DNA of 64,000 nt from Planctomycetota bacterium (GTDB lineage: Bacteria; Planctomycetota; MHYJ01; JACPRB01). The first letter of the stretch is position 1. The number at the start of each line of letters is the position of its first letter. Position numbers and translations under genes: made by a program. The stretch lies in NCBI GenBank assembly GCA_035574235.1, contig DATLZA010000102.1:27219-91218 (forward strand). Direction: 5' to 3'. Positions 1-8,629 of this stretch are shown here, piece after piece. The notes under the pieces are model-generated. The model was not told the DNA's origin, searched no databases, and was given only the letters and a program-made list of their open reading frames with translations.

Positions 1-1471
1 TTCCCAGAAACACCCCGAGGGGGTACTCCGCGTCGAAAGGCCGCGGGAGGTTCCGCACGAGCGCCCGCCCGAAGCCCGCGCGGCCGCCGTCCTCCCGGAC
101 CACCTTGAGCCCGATGATCTTCTTGCCGATCGTCCAGCCGAACGCTCCTTCGAGGAGCGCGTGGTAGGCGACCCGGATTCCGAACCATACGCCCGCCAGC
201 GCCAGCGTCTTCGGATCCGAAAGTTCCAGCGCCGCCGTTTCCGGCACGGCGTTGAGCGCCTCGGCCACCACCCACACGATCGGGTAGAGCGCCATCTGAT
301 CGAGCACATGAGCCATCGCGCGCTGGAGGATCTCGCCGGGCACGGGACCCTCCCGCGCCGCGGGCCGCAGGCGTTCCAGGATGAAGCGGCTGCGTTCCCG
401 CAGGAGCGTGAACCCGAGGAAGATCAGCGAAAAGGAGAAAAAGAGCATCGTGATCGGCCAGAAGGCCGCCGCCATCCGGAGCCCGAGGGGCTCGGCTCCC
501 AGCGGGCGCAGCCGCGCCCCGGGCGGCGGCCGCAGCGTCGGGCGAGGAACGGAGGCCGCCTGCGCCGTCGTCGGCCGGGCGAGCACGAGAAGCACCTCTT
601 CGGGACCGGTCGCGGCGGCCAGGCCCGTCACGCGCTTGCCGAGAAGAAGAACCGAGTCGGTGAAGGCGATCCGTTCGGGCGGAGCCGGGCGGTCGCACCC
701 CGGACAGCAGGCCACCCGCAGGGCGACCTCCCGGAACGTCCGGTCTTCCCGGTGGTACGAGAACAGGAGCACCCGATCGCCGTCCAGCACCGCGTCCCAG
801 TGTTCCGCGTCGCCCACGACGAACTCCGAGCGGGGAACGAAGGACGCGCCGTCGAAAAGAAGCGTCTTGACGACCGACGATCCCCGTTCCCGGTAAGCCA
901 CCAGCGGCCCCCGGTCGCCGTCCACGGAGGCCGTCAGACGCTCCACCGGGCCGGATTCGGCCACGCGGATTTCGTCGGAAAAGCGTCCCAGGTGCCGGCG
1001 GCGGGCCACCACCGAGCGTTCCCACGCGCCGAAGATCCAGGCCTGCCCCCGCGCGGGATCCCGCACGGCGTCCAGGACCGGCCAGGTCTGGCCCAGGTCC
1101 GCGCCCCGCACGGTGTCTCCTCCGCGCAGGACCGAATAGCGCGTGCCGAAGAAGACGGTGACCTCGTCCCCTTCGGCCAGGACCCCCGTGGCCTCCCCGA
1201 GGAGGGCGAGCGTGCGCCGCAGCCGGAGGGACGGATCCAGAAGCATCAGCCGCGCCGCCGGACCGTCTCCCTCGGCGGGCCGCACGCGGTGGATGACCCC
1301 CCAGCCCTCCTCGAGGGCCGAGGCGCGCGGGGCGTCGTACGTCTCCAGGACGAAGCTCAGCTGGATCTGCGCCGCCAGAAGCGCCAGGCTCAAGCCGCCG
1401 AAGATGTACGCCAGTCGCCGCTTGCGGAGGTAAAACTCGGAAACGGCCGGGACGGGGGGCGCCGCGCCCAC
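1..1471 (-). CDS. RDD-family membrane protein (C-terminal RDD domain with long N-terminal extension); 3' end runs off window start
   Basis: Reverse-strand frame is open from ~1471 to 1 with no stop. The C-terminal translation ...LELSDPKTLALAGVWFGIRVAYHALLEGAFGWTIGKKIIGLKVVREDGGRAGFGRALVRNL matches the RDD-domain signature (GxxxGKrlxGLrVV). Internal TM segment ITMLFFSFSLIFLGFTLL. The start is uncertain (GTG at 1471 lies 6 nt after the dodecin stop; alternative TTG/ATG further in). Not in the ORF track because no in-window stop. Confidence 0.45.
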   Translation of the reverse strand, partial: MGAAPPVPAVSEFYLRKRRLAYIFGGLSLALLAAQIQLSFVLETYDAPRASALEEGWGVIHRVRPAEGDGPAARLMLLDPSLRLRRTLALLGEATGVLAEGDEVTVFFGTRYSVLRGGDTVRGADLGQTWPVLDAVRDPARGQAWIFGAWERSVVARRRHLGRFSDEIRVAESGPVERLTASVDGDRGPLVAYRERGSSVVKTLLFDGASFVPRSEFVVGDAEHWDAVLDGDRVLLFSYHREDRTFREVALRVACCPGCDRPAPPERIAFTDSVLLLGKRVTGLAAATGPEEVLLVLARPTTAQAASVPRPTLRPPPGARLRPLGAEPLGLRMAAAFWPITMLFFSFSLIFLGFTLLRERSRFILERLRPAAREGPVPGEILQRAMAHVLDQMALYPIVWVVAEALNAVPETAALELSDPKTLALAGVWFGIRVAYHALLEGAFGWTIGKKIIGLKVVREDGGRAGFGRALVRNLPRPFDAEYPLGVFLG

Positions 1472-1477
1472 GGCGCG

Positions 1478-1681
1478 TCACGCCTCCGGAAGGAAGGTGA
1501 CCCGGAGCGAAACGCGGTACTCGCGGATCTTGCCGTCGACCACCTTGGCCTTGATGGCTTCGACCTCGAGCCCGGTGATGCGGCGCAGGGTCCGGGAGGC
1601 GCGCCGGAGGCCCTCCTCGATGGCGGCCTCCACGCTGCGGGGCGAGGAGGCCGTGATCTCGGTGACGCGGGAGACGGCCAT
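1478..1681 (-). CDS. dodecin (small flavin-binding protein)
   Basis: 67 aa; VTEITASSPRSVEAAIEEGLRRASRTLRRITGLEVEAIKAKVVDGKIREYRVSLRVTF aligns with the dodecin consensus (VIEIVGTSPDGVDAAIQGGLARAAQTMRAL..EV..IRG.V.DG.V..FQVTMKVGF). Confidence 0.7.
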   Translation of the reverse strand: MAVSRVTEITASSPRSVEAAIEEGLRRASRTLRRITGLEVEAIKAKVVDGKIREYRVSLRVTFLPEA

Positions 1682-1786
1682 ACGGTAACGGCGACTCTAA
1701 TGAGCCCGGCGGCCGGGGTCAAGAAACATCGCCGCCGGATCTTTGTGGTGAAAATCCGCGGGGCGTGCGATAAAATCCCCGGCGCC

Positions 1787-3049
1787 ATGACCCCGTTCCG
1801 CGCTCCCGAGGGAACCCGCGACATCCTCCCCGACGAGGCCCGCCGCTGGCGGCGCCTCGAGGAGGCCGCGCGCGCCGCCTTCGACCGCTTCGGCTACGAG
1901 GAAGTGCGGCCTCCGGTCTTCGAGTACGCCGCGCTCTTCCAGAAGTCCAGCGGCGAAACCACCGACATCGTCGAGAAGGAGATGTTCGTCTTCGGCGACC
2001 CGGAGGATCCCGCGGGGGCGTACGCGCTGCGGCCGGAGCTCACCCCCGGCGCGGTGCGGGCCGTGCTTCAGGAGAATCTCTTCGCCCGCCGCGGACTCTG
2101 GAAGCTCTGGTACTTCGGCCCCGCCTTCCGGCGCGAGCGCCCCCAGAAAGGCCGCTACCGGCAGTTCACCCAGCTGGGCGTCGAAGTGCTCGGGACCTCC
2201 GATCCCCTGGCGGACGTGGAGACGATGATCCTTTTCGCCGAGATCCTCCGGGAGGCGGGCGTCGCCGCCTGGGAGCTGCGGATCAACTCCATCGGCTGCG
2301 CCGAGTGCCGTCCCGCGTATCGCGAGGTCCTCCGCCGGGCCATCGCCCCCGACCTTTCGCGGTACTGCGAGAATTGCCGGCGGCGCTTCGAGCGCAACGT
2401 CTTCCGGATCCTCGACTGCAAGACGCCCTCCTGCATGGAGCGGTCCTCGCGGCTGCCGGCCGCGATCGATTACACCTGCGAGCGGTGCCGCGCCCATCAG
2501 CGCGCCGTCGAGGCCGCCCTCCGCGACGCCGCGGTCCCCTTCCGCGCCGATCCGCGCATCGTTCGCGGGCTCGACTACTACACCCGGACCGTTTACGAGT
2601 TCAGCTCCTCGGCGCTCGGGGCGCAGAACGCGCTGGCCGGCGGCGGGCGCTACGACACGCTCGTGCGCGACATGGGGGGACCCGACGTGGGGGCCGTGGG
2701 GTTCGCCGCCGGCGCGGAGCGCGTGCTCCTGGCCATGGGTTCGGAGGCGGCGGCGCGGGTTCCCGACTTCTTCGGCGCGGCCGTCCAGGCGGACCAGCGG
2801 CCGGCTCTCTTCCGGCTCATGACGGAACTCCGGCGCGCGGGCTTTTCGGGCGATATGGATTACGAGGGGCGCAGCCTCAAGGCCCAGATGCGGGAGGCTC
2901 ATCGTTCCGGGGCGCGCTTCGCCCTGATTCTCGGGCCCGAGGAGGCCGCCCAGGGCCGCGTGAAGATCAAGGACATGAAGGACGGCTCGGAGCGGACCGT
3001 GGGGTTCGAAGAGGCGCGGGCCGTCCTGAAAGGAGGGAAGGGGACATGA
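1787..3049 (+). CDS. hisS: histidine--tRNA ligase
   Basis: ATG at 1787 inside the long 161..3049 frame; MTPFRAPEGTRDILPDE N-terminus, class II motifs (RPELTP, GRYRQFTQLGVE, GGGRYD), anticodon-binding C-terminus. The upstream part of the frame is antisense to the RDD gene and rejected. Confidence 0.92.
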   Translation: MTPFRAPEGTRDILPDEARRWRRLEEAARAAFDRFGYEEVRPPVFEYAALFQKSSGETTDIVEKEMFVFGDPEDPAGAYALRPELTPGAVRAVLQENLFARRGLWKLWYFGPAFRRERPQKGRYRQFTQLGVEVLGTSDPLADVETMILFAEILREAGVAAWELRINSIGCAECRPAYREVLRRAIAPDLSRYCENCRRRFERNVFRILDCKTPSCMERSSRLPAAIDYTCERCRAHQRAVEAALRDAAVPFRADPRIVRGLDYYTRTVYEFSSSALGAQNALAGGGRYDTLVRDMGGPDVGAVGFAAGAERVLLAMGSEAAARVPDFFGAAVQADQRPALFRLMTELRRAGFSGDMDYEGRSLKAQMREAHRSGARFALILGPEEAAQGRVKIKDMKDGSERTVGFEEARAVLKGGKGT

Positions 3050-3627
3050 GGAGAGCCGCATGGGCCGCCGCCCTCGCCGCCGCGGCGGGGGCGGCCGCCT
3101 GCGAGCCGTTCGATCCGGTCGAGGCGTCCCACGAGAGCGTTCGGCAGGAGGCCCTCCAGGCGTTCGACGAGTGGCGCCGCGCCGCCGCCGAAGGCCGCGC
3201 GGAGGAAACCTTCATGCGGATTTCCGACGGCCTGAAGTCCCAGTGGGTTTTCGCGCGGCTTCGGGAGGGCGACCCTCTCATTCGCGCCTGGCGCGGCGCG
3301 CTCGTCGGAGCGGCCCGCACGGATCTGGATCTCTGGTGGGAGCATTGCCGGAAGTATCCCCAGGAGCGCGTCGAGATTCTTCCGCAGACGGTGTTGCGGG
3401 AGCCTTCCCTGGCCAGGCTCTGGAAGGACTACTTCGCGCAGCAGGCCGCCGAGGTGAAGTTCCAGATGTCCCGGCTGGAGGTGGTGGACGCCTACGTCGA
3501 TCCCACGGGGGTGTCGATCCTGGTCCGCAACGCCTTCGGGCGGCAGGAAATGTACGAGCTGGTGCCCGAGGCCGGGATCTGGCGGATCAACCATCACCGG
3601 GTGGGGCCCGGCGTGACGGCGCGATAG
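3046..3627 (+). CDS. putative lipoprotein / secreted hypothetical protein
   Basis: ATG at 3046 overlaps the hisS stop (ATGA). Signal peptide MRRAAWAAALAAAAGAAAC with a Cys lipobox-like end; the rest has non-biased composition. Confidence 0.5.
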   Translation: MRRAAWAAALAAAAGAAACEPFDPVEASHESVRQEALQAFDEWRRAAAEGRAEETFMRISDGLKSQWVFARLREGDPLIRAWRGALVGAARTDLDLWWEHCRKYPQERVEILPQTVLREPSLARLWKDYFAQQAAEVKFQMSRLEVVDAYVDPTGVSILVRNAFGRQEMYELVPEAGIWRINHHRVGPGVTAR

Positions 3628-3630
3628 GTC

Positions 3631-4398
3631 CTACCGGCCGACTTCCAGGCGCTCCCCGAACCGCCGCGGGATGTGCTTGATGGCGAAAATCTTGTCCATC
3701 GTCTTGCGGTAGTCGTACTCCACGCGCCGGAATTCGACCACCTGAGTCTCGGGATCCCAGACGACGTAGCAGGCCCGCGTGTCGCGGTCCCGGGGCTGGC
3801 CCACGGAGCCGATGTTGACGTAGTAGCGGCGGTTGTCGGCGAGTTTCACCTTGTTGGCGAACGAGCGCGGCGGGTAAAACTTCATGTCCTCCGTGAAGAC
3901 GCCGGGTTCGTGGGTGTGGCCGCAGAAGCAGACATGCCGGATCATCGAGAAGATCTCTTCCATCTTCTCCCGGTCCTGCACGTCGTGCGGGCGCACGTAT
4001 TCCTTGGTGCGGTTGCGCGGCGAGGCGTGAAGGTAGGTGACCCCGTCCTCTTCCTTGATGTCGGGGAGGTCTCCCAGGTAGTTCCACATCCGGTGGTTCT
4101 CTTCCCGCGCCGCGGCGGCGTCGTTGAGCTGATTGCGCGTCCAGTCGATGGCCTGCGCGGCCTCGGGGTTGAAGTCCAGGGCCAGAAAAAGCAGCGCGTC
4201 CTCATGGTTTCCGCGCAGGGACCACGCCCAGTTGAAGGCGTGCTTGATCATCTCCCGCGGGTTCGGGCCGTAGCCGATGAGGTCCCCGAGGCAGTAGATC
4301 GTCTCGATCTTCTGGGCGTTGATGTCCTTGAGGACGGCTTCGAGCGCCTCGATGTTGGAATGCAGATCAGAGATCAGCGCGACCTTGTTTTTGCTCAT
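3631..4398 (-). CDS. metallophosphoesterase (calcineurin-like phosphoesterase)
   Basis: 255 aa; motifs ISDLHSN, CLGDLIGYGPNP, GNHE and GHTHEPGVF are typical of the MPP superfamily. Confidence 0.8.
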   Translation of the reverse strand: MSKNKVALISDLHSNIEALEAVLKDINAQKIETIYCLGDLIGYGPNPREMIKHAFNWAWSLRGNHEDALLFLALDFNPEAAQAIDWTRNQLNDAAAAREENHRMWNYLGDLPDIKEEDGVTYLHASPRNRTKEYVRPHDVQDREKMEEIFSMIRHVCFCGHTHEPGVFTEDMKFYPPRSFANKVKLADNRRYYVNIGSVGQPRDRDTRACYVVWDPETQVVEFRRVEYDYRKTMDKIFAIKHIPRRFGERLEVGR

Positions 4399-4453
4399 GC
4401 GCCCATAAAGTCTAACACGGACGGTGCATAAATCAAGCGGACCTCCCCGCGGG

Positions 4454-4981
4454 TCAGGGAGCGCCGAGGCCCGCGGGGGGCACCTGACGAAGGCCGAGGA
4501 TCAGTTCCACTTCGCCCTTCTCGAGGCCCGTGGCGCTGCAGATTTCGAGGAGGTCCTTGCCCGCGTCCCGAAGGGTGTATACCTGTTCGTGAAGCGGATT
4601 GGGCGCCCGGGCGGCGGAAGGGACCGCTTCGGTCCTGGCCGGCGCGGACGGGGACGTTCGTCCCAGGAGGGACTCGATCTCCTTCTGCTTGCGATCGCAC
4701 TCGGCCAGGAGCTGCGAGAGAAGCCGGATCTTCGCGTCCAGTCGGGCGATGTGTTCTCGGGAGAGATCCTGAATCTCCACGACCAGACGTTCGAGCTCCG
4801 CCCGGGCGAGCTCGCCGGCATCGGCGAAGGATCCGGGCCGGCCGCCCCGGGCGACTCCGCGCGGCCGGAAGCGAAGGAGTGCCACTCCGGCGAAGACCGC
4901 CGCGGCCAGGGCCACAAGCCAAATCGTCGGGGAGCCGCCCCCGCTCTCGGCCGCATCCGGAATCGACGTCCAGAAAGGCAT
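4454..4981 (-). CDS. hypothetical single-pass membrane protein with coiled-coil and C-terminal helix-turn-helix-like segment
   Basis: Start chosen at internal Met (MPFWTS...) preceded by TATAAT 9 nt upstream. TM helix IWLVALAAAVFAGVALL; coiled-coil region; C-terminal TLRDAGKDLLEICSATGLEKGEVELILGL. Longer alternative starts exist at 5071 and 5122. Confidence 0.4.
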   Translation of the reverse strand: MPFWTSIPDAAESGGGSPTIWLVALAAAVFAGVALLRFRPRGVARGGRPGSFADAGELARAELERLVVEIQDLSREHIARLDAKIRLLSQLLAECDRKQKEIESLLGRTSPSAPARTEAVPSAARAPNPLHEQVYTLRDAGKDLLEICSATGLEKGEVELILGLRQVPPAGLGAP

Positions 4982-4990
4982 GCCAAAGGG

Positions 4991-4996
4991 ATTATA
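4991..4996 (-). promoter_or_regulatory. -10 box TATAAT (minus strand) 9 nt upstream of ATG 4981; probable leaderless/short-leader promoter
   Basis: Minus-strand sequence cctactataatccctttggcATG. Confidence 0.3.
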
Positions 4997-5165
4997 GTAG
5001 GGAAGGACGGTCGGCGGCCACGGATTCTCCGGATGTTTCGCGGGCGTAACGGTGTCACCGTGGGGTAACATGGGGAGGGGGAGGTCTCCGAAGGGGAAGG
5101 GGGTGGTACGCGTTTTGCTCATTCGGGGAAGGGCGGCGGAAATGGCTTTTGCGGGGAGGGGTTCT

Positions 5166-5171
5166 TATAAT
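5166..5171 (+). promoter_or_regulatory. -10 box TATAAT for the pseudopilin operon
   Basis: gttcTTATAATcggagtttatcgggcggcgcgATG; divergent from the 4981 gene. Confidence 0.35.
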
Positions 5172-5192
5172 CGGAGTTTATCGGGCGGCGCG

Positions 5193-5810
5193 ATGAAGGG
5201 GGATCTTATGGGCTTGAAGCGCTCCGGGTTCACGCTGGTTGAGCTTCTCATCGTCATCGTCATCATCGGGATCATCGCGGGGCTCGTCCTGCCGGCGATC
5301 TTCAAGGCCATGTGCGCGGCCCGCGCGGGGAGCGCGGAAACTCTGATCAGCCAGCTCAGCCAGGCGATCAAGGCCTACGAGTTCGATAACGCCGTCTATC
5401 CTCCCGGCCGCGGCACGGGGAGCAAGGAGCTGGCCTACCATCTTCAGAAGAAGGGCGCCAAAGGCTCGGGCTATTTCGAGCTCAAGGGGCACCTCAACGA
5501 GGCGGGAGACATCATCAACCCCGTCTGGCCGGACGGAGAGCCGCCGAGCAATGTGCTGCACTACCGGAACAACGTGATGACTCCCGCGCAGGCGGCTCCT
5601 CCGACGCCCCAAGGGCCGGGAGCCAAGAAGGCCCCCGCCAAGCCCTCGCCTCAGCCGGCCGCGAAGCCCACCGCTCCGGGCGCACCTCCCGCGCCGCCGC
5701 CGGGGCAGCCCCCCATCTACCACAAGAATTCGTTCGACCTCTGGTGCGCCGGCTGCGACTTCTCGCCCGACAAGCCGGCCACGGTCTGGAGCATCAATAA
5801 CTGGGAATAG
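5193..5810 (+). CDS. prepilin-type N-terminal cleavage/methylation domain protein (GspG-like pseudopilin) with Pro/Ala-rich tail
   Basis: MKGDLMGLKRSG|FTLVELLIVIVIIGIIAGL prepilin leader plus hydrophobic helix with Glu at +5; C-terminal PAPKPSPQP low-complexity region. Confidence 0.75.
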   Translation: MKGDLMGLKRSGFTLVELLIVIVIIGIIAGLVLPAIFKAMCAARAGSAETLISQLSQAIKAYEFDNAVYPPGRGTGSKELAYHLQKKGAKGSGYFELKGHLNEAGDIINPVWPDGEPPSNVLHYRNNVMTPAQAAPPTPQGPGAKKAPAKPSPQPAAKPTAPGAPPAPPPGQPPIYHKNSFDLWCAGCDFSPDKPATVWSINNWE

Positions 5811-5850
5811 ATCCGTTCGCCGAGGGAAAGGACACGGAGGAGGAAGCCGG

Positions 5851-6384
5851 ATGGCCCGGTCGTCGCGGGGATTCACCCTCGTCGAGATGCTCGTGGTGAT
5901 TGCGATCATCGTTATCCTGGTCGCCTTTCTCGCCGTGTGGATCGTGGGCACCGCCGAGCGGGGCATGTACGTCAAGGCCCATGCGATCGTCAAGATGCTC
6001 GACCAGGGGTGCCGGACCTATAAGAAGGACTTCGGCGTCTATCCGCCCAACGACAAGGGGGATTCGCGGTGCCTGCACTTCTACCTGGGGCGGGAGCGGT
6101 GGATCGAAACCCACAAACCCGACCAGGGGCCGGCCATTCGCGTCAAGCGTCCCCCCATCCTGGAATTCCCCGCGGACATGCTGGCCCAGGAGACGGGCGT
6201 GCCCGATCCGAACAAGCCGTCCCCCGTTGTCGACCCGTGGAGGAACCCGATCCGGTACCTCAATCCCGGGCGGTACAATAAAACGTTCGTGGACCTCTGG
6301 TCCGCGGGAAAAAACGGCACGGACGAGCTTAATCCCGAATCCCCGGATTTCGACGACGTGACCAACTGGTCGAAGGACTTCTGA
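5851..6384 (+). CDS. type II secretion GspG-like pseudopilin
   Basis: MARSSRG|FTLVEMLVVIAII; DPWRNPIRY and LWSAGKNG resemble the GspG DPWGNPY / SLGADG motifs. Confidence 0.8.
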   Translation: MARSSRGFTLVEMLVVIAIIVILVAFLAVWIVGTAERGMYVKAHAIVKMLDQGCRTYKKDFGVYPPNDKGDSRCLHFYLGRERWIETHKPDQGPAIRVKRPPILEFPADMLAQETGVPDPNKPSPVVDPWRNPIRYLNPGRYNKTFVDLWSAGKNGTDELNPESPDFDDVTNWSKDF

Positions 6385-6974
6385 TGAGAAACGCCATGCG
6401 GCGGCGCGGGGGCTTCACGCTGTTCGAGATGCTCGTCGTCATCATCATCATCACGATCCTGGCGGGATCGTCGGTGATGCTGATGAACGTCTTTTTCCGC
6501 GGCCAGGGCATCCGTCAGGGGGCGGCGATCGTCAGCCAGGTCGTCGCCCAGGCCAAGCAGCAGGCCGCCCGGACCCATGGGGTGGTCTTTCTCGTCTTCT
6601 CGCCGCCCGGCGAGGACGCGTGGCTGGAGATCCATACGGACGCCAACGACGACGGCATCTACCAGGGAGATCAGAAACTGGGCACGCAAGATCCGGATCC
6701 GGTGGACGGCCCCCGCGTGGACCTGCCGAAAGCCGTCGTCTTCGAATACGCGCCCGTGTGGATCGGATTCGCTCCTTCCGGCTACATGACCTTCAGCGCC
6801 GGGTTTGCGGAGATCCAGGCGTCCATGTTCGACGCCGTCATGGCCGGATCCAATCCGCGTGCGGTCGGGGACGTCGTGCTTCGCCAGCAGAATCGGCGGA
6901 TGTACATGTGCCTGGACCTGGACCGGGCCAGCGGAAGGGTCCGGCGCTCCCACTTCCTCAACCAGGAGGAATAG
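6384..6974 (+). CDS. prepilin-type pseudopilin (minor pilin, GspH-like)
   Basis: MRNAMRRRGG|FTLFEMLVVIIIITILAG; start overlaps the previous stop (TGATG). Confidence 0.75.
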   Translation: MRNAMRRRGGFTLFEMLVVIIIITILAGSSVMLMNVFFRGQGIRQGAAIVSQVVAQAKQQAARTHGVVFLVFSPPGEDAWLEIHTDANDDGIYQGDQKLGTQDPDPVDGPRVDLPKAVVFEYAPVWIGFAPSGYMTFSAGFAEIQASMFDAVMAGSNPRAVGDVVLRQQNRRMYMCLDLDRASGRVRRSHFLNQEE

Positions 6975-6977
6975 CCC

Positions 6978-7697
6978 ATGATCGCCCGCCGCTCCCGACG
7001 TCGCGACGGCCTGACGCTCATCGAGATCCTGCTGGCCCTCATCGTGATGGTGCTCGGCTTCTGCGGGATCCTGGCGCTTTTCCCTCCGGCGCTCCAATCC
7101 TCGCGCGAATCGATGGAGGCCACCAACGCGGCCATCCTCGGGGAATCGATCGCGCACGCCCTGACGACGTCCCTGCAATTCGCGACATTCAACGCGTCCA
7201 GCCAGCAGTACGAGGCGATCCTGACGCACGACCTCAAGTCCGGCGCCGTCAGCAACCGGTACCGGTTCGCCCTTCCCAAACTGGCGCCCCCCGGCGACCC
7301 CATGGGGGGGTGGCGACACTACCCGAGCAAGGTGAACCCCCCGTCCCCCGACCTCGGCGCGCCGATGACGGCAAGCTGGGCCCCCGAGGAGGACGACCGC
7401 CTCTTCACCCTCGACGGCGACCCGTGGCTCAAGGAAACCGTCCGCCGCGTGCACGAGATCAACGACGCGACCGATCCCTACAGCCAGTTCGCCTTTTCGT
7501 TCCAGGCGCGCAAGTCGGACCATCTGGCCTATCTGCGCGTCCGCGTCAATCCGGACACGGGCCGCCCGTACACCAACGAGGAAATCGACAAGCAGAGCAT
7601 GCTGTACGAGTTCCGCATCCACATCTTCCGCGTGACGCCCGCGGGGGACGCCCGCAAGCTGATCGCCACGATCGCCCATAAGATCGCCCTCAAATAG
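6978..7697 (+). CDS. prepilin-type pseudopilin (minor pilin, GspI-like)
   Basis: MIARRSRRRDG|LTLIEILLALIVMVLG. Confidence 0.7.
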   Translation: MIARRSRRRDGLTLIEILLALIVMVLGFCGILALFPPALQSSRESMEATNAAILGESIAHALTTSLQFATFNASSQQYEAILTHDLKSGAVSNRYRFALPKLAPPGDPMGGWRHYPSKVNPPSPDLGAPMTASWAPEEDDRLFTLDGDPWLKETVRRVHEINDATDPYSQFAFSFQARKSDHLAYLRVRVNPDTGRPYTNEEIDKQSMLYEFRIHIFRVTPAGDARKLIATIAHKIALK

Positions 7698-7707
7698 GAG
7701 GCCGCCC

Positions 7708-8598
7708 ATGCGCCCGAAGGCCGCCCCAGGCTTCACCCTGATCGAGCTTCTCATCTCCGTGGCGCTCATGGTGCTGGTGCTCGCGTCGGTGACCCTGGTT
7801 TTCTCGGGGACGACCGAGACCGTGGCCGTCCAGGGGGCGCGCATGACCGTGTACACGAACGCGCGTTACGCCATGGACGTGCTCGAGAACGATCTTCTCG
7901 GGTGCCTTCCCTTCAACCCGCCGTCGGTGGGGCCGGCCCAGGCCGCCGGACCCGGCCAGCCGCTGCAGCTTATGTCCCTCCCGCACGTTCACCAGGCGTT
8001 CTGGATGGAAAACGGCGTCCTCCGCGAGCCGGGTCAGCCTCCCGCGTACAACGTGAGCGGCGGCCACACCCACGCGGCCGGCGACCGCCTCTCCTTCCGT
8101 TCCACGACCGCCGTGGGGGACACGCTGCAGACCTGCCAGGTGACGTACGAACTCATCCCGGGGAACATGACCCTGAACGAGCAGGGGCTCGCCGTCCCGG
8201 GGGACCCCAACCGCCTCAAGACCGCCCGCACGGGCCGGGGCCTCTACACGCTCGTGCGCCGCGTGCGGGTGGCCAAGCCCGAAAGCCCCAACACCTTCAG
8301 CGAATTCGCCGTGATCAAGGACCGCGTCTCCGGGCGCGCCGTCAAGGTCCTCGACCAGGACCTCTGCCAGTACGTCGTGAGCTTCAATCTCGAGTACTAC
8401 GCGAGCAACCAGCTCTTCTCGCAGCTCGATCCCACGCCCTTCCCGAGCAGCGATCCGCTGGGCGACGGCAAGGGGGTCAACGACACGACCACGCCTTTCC
8501 GCGTCCCTTCGATCCGGGCCACGCTCGTGATCGTCGAAGACGTGGGCGAGCGCCAGGAGCGCACGATTCAGCGCGTCTTCCGGATTCCACAGGGGTAG
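7708..8598 (+). CDS. prepilin-type pseudopilin (minor pilin, GspJ-like)
   Basis: MRPKAAPG|FTLIELLISVALMVLVL. Confidence 0.7.
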   Translation: MRPKAAPGFTLIELLISVALMVLVLASVTLVFSGTTETVAVQGARMTVYTNARYAMDVLENDLLGCLPFNPPSVGPAQAAGPGQPLQLMSLPHVHQAFWMENGVLREPGQPPAYNVSGGHTHAAGDRLSFRSTTAVGDTLQTCQVTYELIPGNMTLNEQGLAVPGDPNRLKTARTGRGLYTLVRRVRVAKPESPNTFSEFAVIKDRVSGRAVKVLDQDLCQYVVSFNLEYYASNQLFSQLDPTPFPSSDPLGDGKGVNDTTTPFRVPSIRATLVIVEDVGERQERTIQRVFRIPQG

Positions 8599-8623
8599 AC
8601 CCTTCCGCGCGGCGCGGTATACT
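8596..8623 (+). promoter_or_regulatory. sigma70-like promoter TAGACC-N16-TATACT ending 6 nt before the lpxH ATG (leaderless)
   Basis: ggggTAGACCcttccgcgcggcgcggTATACTgcccgcATG. Confidence 0.4.
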
Positions 8624-8629
8624 GCCCGC

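Noticed and set aside
161-1786. N-terminal 540 codons of the 962-aa + strand ORF fused to hisS (plus nested ORFs 381..896, 1143..1433, 1497..1688)
   Set aside because: Arg/His/Pro-rich low-complexity translation with no hisS homology. It is antisense to the RDD-domain gene and dodecin. The conserved HisRS N-terminus begins at ATG 1787.
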